A stretch of 28,786 bases of DNA. Origin: a bacterium. GTDB lineage: Bacteria; Arandabacterota; Arandabacteria; Arandabacterales; JALGWA01. Location: NCBI GenBank assembly GCA_050125095.1, contig JASFEA010000023.1, positions 1 to 28,786 of the forward strand. Direction: 5' to 3'. The notes below the pieces were generated by a model, which saw nothing but the letters and a program-made list of their open reading frames with translations, was not told the origin of the DNA and made no database searches. A program made the translations under genes and the position numbers. Below, one piece after another: positions 24,094-28,786 of this stretch (the stretch's first letter is position 1; the number at the start of each line of letters is the position of its first letter).

Positions 24094-26149
24094 GACGCGT
24101 AATGCCCGGCCGTCTCTCTCGACAGGCATTACCGGCCTTCCCGGAGTGGGGCCCGGGAGGGAGAAGCTTCTCGGCAATCTCGGAATCCGGGCTGTAGCCG
24201 ACCTTCTTCTCTATCCACCCCGGAGGTATATCGACCGAAAGGCCATAGTCAGCATATGCGACCTCGCCGGGGGCGGGACGCAGACCATTGCCGGCGATGT
24301 GATTTCGGTCGAGGTCAGGCACTTGGGCCGGAAATCCCTGGCCGTGGCAAGAGTGCGCGACGGGACGGGAACGGTGAAGTGCGTCTGGTTCAACCAGCCG
24401 TATCTCAAGAACTCCCTCAAGCGCGGCGGAACTTATATCCTGAGCGGACCCGTGCGGGTCGACAGGTTCGGAACGGCCCTGGTTCATCCCGAGTACGAAG
24501 CCGAAGGCGGCAAACTCCTGAGCACGGGAAGGGTGGTGCCGGTCTACCGGCTCACGCCGGGTCTCGGCCAGCGGACCATGCGCCGCCTGGTGGACACGGC
24601 GCTTACGAGGTATGCCGGGAGCCTGGGCGATCCTCTGCCGCCTCGTATTGGAGCCGCTCTCCGCCTCCTTCCCCTGGATGAGGCTCTCCGGGCGCTTCAC
24701 TTCCCGGACGATATCGACCATGCGGAGAGGGCCCGAAGGCGCCTCGCCTTCGACGAGATGCTCCTTTTCCAGACGCTTTTCGCAAGAGCCCGCGCGGAGG
24801 CGCACAATGCCTCCGCAGGGACCTCGGACGGCGGGCGGGGAACCGGCCGGAGCGTTCTGCTCGAGGCGCTTCCTTTCAGGTTGACCTCCTCGCAGCAAAA
24901 AGCCCTGACTCAAGTTCTTGATGACATCGATGAGGCATCTCCCATGCGCCGCCTCATACAGGGAGACGTGGGCTGCGGCAAGACGGTCGTGGCCGGCCTC
25001 GGGGCGGGGTATGTCTGCGGCGGGGGCGGGCAGGTGGCGCTCATGTGCCCGACCGAGCTCCTGGCCGAGCAGCACTGCCGCACCATGACGGAGCTCCTTG
25101 GTGGCCTGGGTCACTCGGTGGCGCTCCTTACAGCCGGGCTTCCCGCGGCCGAGCAAACGCGCGTCGTGGAGGGGCTTGCGGCCGGCGATATCGACGCCGT
25201 TGTGGGTACGCATTCTCTTTTCTCCGACAGGGTCGACTTCAGAAGTCTGGGGCTTGTCATTGTCGATGAGGAGCAGCGCTTCGGTGTGCTGCAGAGGGCC
25301 CGGCTCATAGCCAAGTCGCCCGGGGCCGACTTCCTGGCCGTAAGCGCCACTCCCATACCCAGGACGCTGGCGCTCACGGCATACGGCGACCTCGACATCA
25401 GCGTCATCGACGAAATGCCGCCTGGCAGGGGCAGTCATGTGACGACGCTGGTGCCCGAGGAAGAAGCAGACGCAGTACTCATGGACCTGGCCGGGCGTAT
25501 TAAGGCCGGCGAACAGGCCTTCTACATATGCCCCGTGCTGGACGAGGGAAGCCTGGGCCTTACGGGCGTCAGGACGGCCGGCCGGAGGCTTGATAGACTG
25601 CTGGGCGCGCGCGGGCTCGTGGGGCTACTCACCGGCCGCACCCCCAGGGAGGAAAGGCAGGCGACCCTGGCCGCGTTCGAGGCAGGGGATATCGCCTGCA
25701 TAGTGGCGACAAGCGTGCTGGAGGTTGGAGTCGACGTCCCCGGCGCCACGCTGCTCGTCGTGGAGCAGGCCGACCGGTTCGGGCTGTCGCAGCTTCACCA
25801 GATGAGGGGCCGGGTGCAGCGTTCAAGCTCGGATTCCAGGTCTTATTTCATAGTCCCCGACGGGGCAAGCGAGCGCGCATTGGAGAGGCTTGAAGTGCTC
25901 GGGAAAAACTACGACGGGTTCGACATCGCCGAGCATGACCTTATGCTGCGGGGCCCCGGCGACATAGTCGGACGGAGGCAGCATGGCATTCCGGATCTCA
26001 GGTTCACCTCGCTGCCGGCGGACCTCGATCTTCTCGAAGCGGCAAGGGACGAAGCGTCGAGATCGGTGATGAGCGGCGACTCCGTGTACGAGGAATGGCT
26101 GGAAGTCCTGAGCCGCGCAGCCGGCGGCGAACGCGGCATGATACACTGA
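24065..26149 (+). CDS. recG: ATP-dependent DNA helicase RecG (divergent motifs; exact start uncertain)
   Basis: LPGVGP, DLLLYPPRRYIDR, wedge domain CVWFNQPYL, HPEYE, RRRLAFDE, QGDVGCGKT, PTELLAEQH, SATPIPRTL and TRG motif DGFDIAEHDLMLRGPG. Confidence 0.94.
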   Translation: MSSLAGKNRKTRNARPSLSTGITGLPGVGPGREKLLGNLGIRAVADLLLYPPRRYIDRKAIVSICDLAGGGTQTIAGDVISVEVRHLGRKSLAVARVRDGTGTVKCVWFNQPYLKNSLKRGGTYILSGPVRVDRFGTALVHPEYEAEGGKLLSTGRVVPVYRLTPGLGQRTMRRLVDTALTRYAGSLGDPLPPRIGAALRLLPLDEALRALHFPDDIDHAERARRRLAFDEMLLFQTLFARARAEAHNASAGTSDGGRGTGRSVLLEALPFRLTSSQQKALTQVLDDIDEASPMRRLIQGDVGCGKTVVAGLGAGYVCGGGGQVALMCPTELLAEQHCRTMTELLGGLGHSVALLTAGLPAAEQTRVVEGLAAGDIDAVVGTHSLFSDRVDFRSLGLVIVDEEQRFGVLQRARLIAKSPGADFLAVSATPIPRTLALTAYGDLDISVIDEMPPGRGSHVTTLVPEEEADAVLMDLAGRIKAGEQAFYICPVLDEGSLGLTGVRTAGRRLDRLLGARGLVGLLTGRTPREERQATLAAFEAGDIACIVATSVLEVGVDVPGATLLVVEQADRFGLSQLHQMRGRVQRSSSDSRSYFIVPDGASERALERLEVLGKNYDGFDIAEHDLMLRGPGDIVGRRQHGIPDLRFTSLPADLDLLEAARDEASRSVMSGDSVYEEWLEVLSRAAGGERGMIH

Positions 26150-26156
26150 CAGGAGG

Positions 26157-26299
26157 GACCGGGAACGGGGATCCGCAGCAGGGATTTACAACAGATATTC
26201 CGAGCAGGAACTCGCAACAGAGACCGGCAGATGAGACCGGCGGTGGAGGCCGGCAGGTAAGAGCCGCAAATGAGACTGGAAGTGGAAACCGGCAATAGA
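26157..26299. repeat. Degenerate 13-nt tandem array, about 11 units
   Basis: GACCGGGAACGGG/GATCCGCAGCAGG/GATTTACAACAGA/TATTCCGAGCAGG/AACTCGCAACAGA/GACCGGCAGATGA/GACCGGCGGTGGA/GGCCGGCAGGTAA/GAGCCGCAAATGA/GACTGGAAGTGGA/AACCGGCAATAGA. Confidence 0.75.
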
Positions 26300-26331
26300 A
26301 GAATGAGCACCGGCGAAGCAAGGAGGTAGCA

Positions 26332-26877
26332 GTGGAAAGACAAGAGGCCCTGGATCTGGTGTCCAGCAAGGTCAAGAACGACCGCCTCGTGAAGCATATG
26401 CTGGCGGTTGAAGCCGTCATGCGCGGCGTGGCCAGGCGGCTCGGAGAGGATGAGGAGAAGTGGGCCATAGCCGGCCTCATCCACGATCTCGACTATGACG
26501 AGACGGCCAAGAACCCGGAGATGCACGGCAAGGTGGGCGCGGAGTACCTGAGGCAGATGGAAGTGGAAGGCGATATAGTCCGCGCCGTCGAATCCCATGT
26601 CGGGCATATCCCGAGGGAGACGCCGATGGAGAAGGCGCTTTACGCGGCCGATCCGCTCACGGGCCTGATAGTCGCCGCGGCGCTGATGCACCCCTCGAAG
26701 AGCCTGGGCGGGGTCGATGTCGAGTTCGTTCTGAATCGATTCAAGGAGAAGCGCTTCGCCGCCGGCGCGGACCGCGACCAGATAAGGTCATGCGAGGAGC
26801 TCGGCCTCGCTCTCGACGAGTTCGTAGGCATCGGTCTTAAGTCAATGCAGGACATATCGGACACCCTGGGGCTGTAG
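26332..26877 (+). CDS. HDIG-type HD-domain metal-dependent hydrolase
   Basis: KHMLAVE, GLIHDLDY, HG, ESH, ALYAADPLTGLI and FKEKRFAAGADR; GTG start with SD AAGGAGG. Confidence 0.9.
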   Translation: MERQEALDLVSSKVKNDRLVKHMLAVEAVMRGVARRLGEDEEKWAIAGLIHDLDYDETAKNPEMHGKVGAEYLRQMEVEGDIVRAVESHVGHIPRETPMEKALYAADPLTGLIVAAALMHPSKSLGGVDVEFVLNRFKEKRFAAGADRDQIRSCEELGLALDEFVGIGLKSMQDISDTLGL

Positions 26878-26922
26878 GAGGGTGCGGGACGGTCCGCTGC
26901 GGCCGGCGATGAAACGGTTTAA

Positions 26923-27012
26923 GACAAGCAGGCATATGACAAGAAGGGATGCGACGAAAAGGCATATGACAAGCAGGGATACGACCAGAAGGTATACAAC
27001 GAAGAGGTATAG
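26923..27012. repeat. Degenerate 15-nt tandem array, 6 units (weaker 7th at 26908-26922)
   Basis: GACAAGCAGGCATAT/GACAAGAAGGGATGC/GACGAAAAGGCATAT/GACAAGCAGGGATAC/GACCAGAAGGTATAC/AACGAAGAGGTATAG. Confidence 0.88.
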
Positions 27013-27023
27013 GAGGACGATAA

Positions 27024-27440
27024 ATGGCGGAGAACAGGCTCCTCACGCAGGCGGGCCGATTCCACGGCCACATCGGGCCCTTTCTGGCCATAGGTCTGCG
27101 CATGGGCTTCATCGCGAACGAGGTCCTGGGCCGGACGCCCATGCAGACAAGGGCGGTCGTGACGGTCAGGCCAGAAACCCCCCGGTCATGCGTGGTGGAC
27201 GGCATACAGGTATCGAGCGGCTGCACGATGGGAAAGCGCAACATAGAGATAGAGCCCGATGATGACTCCGTCTCGGTGACGTTCACGCGGGGCGACAGGT
27301 GCATCAGCATATGTCTCCGCGACGCATTTCTTGAGAAGATGGAGACCGACCTCAGGGGACAGCCCGAGAAAGCCGTCGTTGACTACGCCTACGGAATCAT
27401 GGATACTCGGGCAGAGGACTTATTCGAGGTGCGTGAATGA
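27024..27440 (+). CDS. FmdE (formylmethanofuran dehydrogenase subunit E)-family protein
   Basis: FHGHIGPFLAIGLRMG and SCVVDGIQVSSGCTMGKRN family signatures; SD AGGAGG. Confidence 0.88.
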   Translation: MAENRLLTQAGRFHGHIGPFLAIGLRMGFIANEVLGRTPMQTRAVVTVRPETPRSCVVDGIQVSSGCTMGKRNIEIEPDDDSVSVTFTRGDRCISICLRDAFLEKMETDLRGQPEKAVVDYAYGIMDTRAEDLFEVRE

Positions 27441-28735
27441 GGATCGCCGTATCAATCTTGCTGTTGGGTCTGCTTGTCCCCTTCGCGCTGAGCGCCGAGC
27501 CGGCGGTGCACGTCATCCAGATAGACGGCGCCATCGGGCCGGTCGCCGCGCGCTATGTTTCCAGAGAGATCGAGCGCGCCGAGGAGGGGGGCGCCGAGTG
27601 CCTCATAGTAAAAATGGACACGCCGGGCGGTCTCGACTCCTCGATGCGCACCATGATTCAGGCCATACTTGCATCGCAAGTACCCGTAGTCTTGTACGTG
27701 TCTCCCGCGGGCGGAAGATGCGCCTCCGCGGGCGTTTTCATAGCCATGGCCGCCGACGTCGTGGCCATGACGCCGGGGACTTCCATAGGCGCGGCCCACC
27801 CGGTGACTATCGGCGAGGGCGAGGTCGACGAAGACACAATGGACAAGATCGTCAACGACAGCGCCACCTACATGAGAGGGCTCGCCGAGCAGAAGGGCCG
27901 AAACGCGGAGTGGGCCGAAAAGGCAGTGAGGGAGAGCGCCACGGCGACCGCTGAAGAGGCGCTTGAGCTCGGCGTCATAGACATGGTGGTCGAGAGCGTT
28001 GATGAACTCGTGGCGAGGCTCGACGGCTGGGATGTGGGGGAGGACCGGGGCGGAAGCCTGGAGACCGCCGGGGCCGCTATCAAGGACATAGACATGGGCG
28101 CGCGTTACAGGCTCTTGGACCTGCTTTCCAATCCCAACGTGGCTTATATGCTCCTCATTCTCGGCTTTTACGGTGTCTTTTTCGAGCTCTCCAATCCCGG
28201 TTCCATATTCCCGGGAGTCGTGGGGGCGATATTCCTTATCCTGGCGTTCTTCTCATTCCAGATGCTGCCCATCAATTATGCGGGCGTACTGCTTATTCTC
28301 CTGGCGCTGGTTCTTTTCATCGCCGAGATCAAGATAACGAGCGGCGGAATGCTGACCGTGGGGGGGACCATATCCATGTTCCTGGGCTCCCTCATGCTCA
28401 TCGAGTCGCCGGCTCCTTTCCTTCGCATATCCTACAAGGTCATAATCCCCGCCGTCATAACCACCGCGCTCTTTTTCATCTTCGCCGTGGGCGCCGGCAT
28501 GAGGGCCCAGCGCAGGAAGCCTACGACGGGGCGCGAGGGCCTGGTCGGCATGAGGGGCGTAACCACGACGGACGTCGACCCGTCGGGCCAGGCCTTCATA
28601 CGAGGCGAGCTGTGGAGCGTGGAGGCGGACGGGCGGATAGAGAAGGGCGAAGTGGTAGAAGTTGTTTCCATGGACGGACTTGTGGTTCGAATAAGGCGAG
28701 CCGGCTCAAGGGACGAGCCGCCAGGGAGGGACTAG
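27437..28735 (+). CDS. nfeD: NfeD-family membrane-bound serine protease (long form, ClpP-class domain)
   Basis: Signal peptide, MDTPGG, ASAG (catalytic Ser), IGAAHPV, MDKIVND (catalytic Lys), GRNAEWA, TM bundle, C-terminal OB fold TG.EGLVG...GELW; overlaps the fmdE-like stop. Confidence 0.93.
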   Translation: MRIAVSILLLGLLVPFALSAEPAVHVIQIDGAIGPVAARYVSREIERAEEGGAECLIVKMDTPGGLDSSMRTMIQAILASQVPVVLYVSPAGGRCASAGVFIAMAADVVAMTPGTSIGAAHPVTIGEGEVDEDTMDKIVNDSATYMRGLAEQKGRNAEWAEKAVRESATATAEEALELGVIDMVVESVDELVARLDGWDVGEDRGGSLETAGAAIKDIDMGARYRLLDLLSNPNVAYMLLILGFYGVFFELSNPGSIFPGVVGAIFLILAFFSFQMLPINYAGVLLILLALVLFIAEIKITSGGMLTVGGTISMFLGSLMLIESPAPFLRISYKVIIPAVITTALFFIFAVGAGMRAQRRKPTTGREGLVGMRGVTTTDVDPSGQAFIRGELWSVEADGRIEKGEVVEVVSMDGLVVRIRRAGSRDEPPGRD

Positions 28736-28736
28736 C

Positions 28737-28786
28737 ATGGGAGTGGAATATATTGTCGCGGTAGTCATAGGCCTTTTCATTCTGGC
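28737..28786 (+). CDS. N-terminal fragment, probably slipin/SPFH (stomatin-like) protein; truncated by the window end
   Basis: ATG 1 nt after the nfeD stop, SD GGGAGG, hydrophobic MGVEYIVAVVIGLFIL. The identity is inferred only from the usual nfeD-SPFH pairing. Confidence 0.55.
   Translation, partial: MGVEYIVAVVIGLFIL

Noticed and set aside
26095..26298. 67-aa ORF spanning the recG end and the 13-nt array
   Set aside because: It starts inside recG without a well-spaced SD, and its peptide repeat is a by-product of the 39-nt periodicity.
27024..27440. Evidence of methanogenesis or a formylmethanofuran dehydrogenase locus
   Set aside because: No catalytic fmd/fwd subunits are present, and standalone FmdE domains are widespread in bacteria.

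Overview
This is a GC-rich bacterial window that is mostly housekeeping. Bases 486-17173 hold a division/cell-wall (dcw) operon: mraZ, rsmH, ftsL, ftsI, murE, murF, mraY, murD, ftsW, murG, murC, murB, an ftsQ-like gene, ftsA and ftsZ, with no ddl. It has a sigma70 promoter and MraZ boxes, and runs on without a visible terminator into a TPR-repeat gene and a radical SAM gene. Two minus-strand genes follow: a Cys-rich beta-helix lipoprotein and rpmB (L28). On the plus strand come a FapA/DUF342 gene and a probable operon DUF1858-recG-HDIG-fmdE-like-nfeD, then a truncated ORF that is probably a slipin/SPFH gene. I found no rRNA, tRNA, CRISPR array, integrase or transposase, and I cannot support a complete new multi-gene system. 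The best leads are: (1) a dispersed non-coding TGTGCATYTYRAGACCTGACCCC repeat, with 3 copies at 114-230 and 1 at 21787-21810; (2) two degenerate purine-rich tandem arrays (13-nt and 15-nt period) flanking the HDIG gene, each bracketed by AGGAGG; (3) a divergent divisome with an apparently POTRA-less FtsQ, a 16-Cys FtsI and a TPR protein coupled to ftsZ; (4) a RecG with non-canonical helicase motifs. All calls come from reading motifs and gene order by eye; no searches were run.
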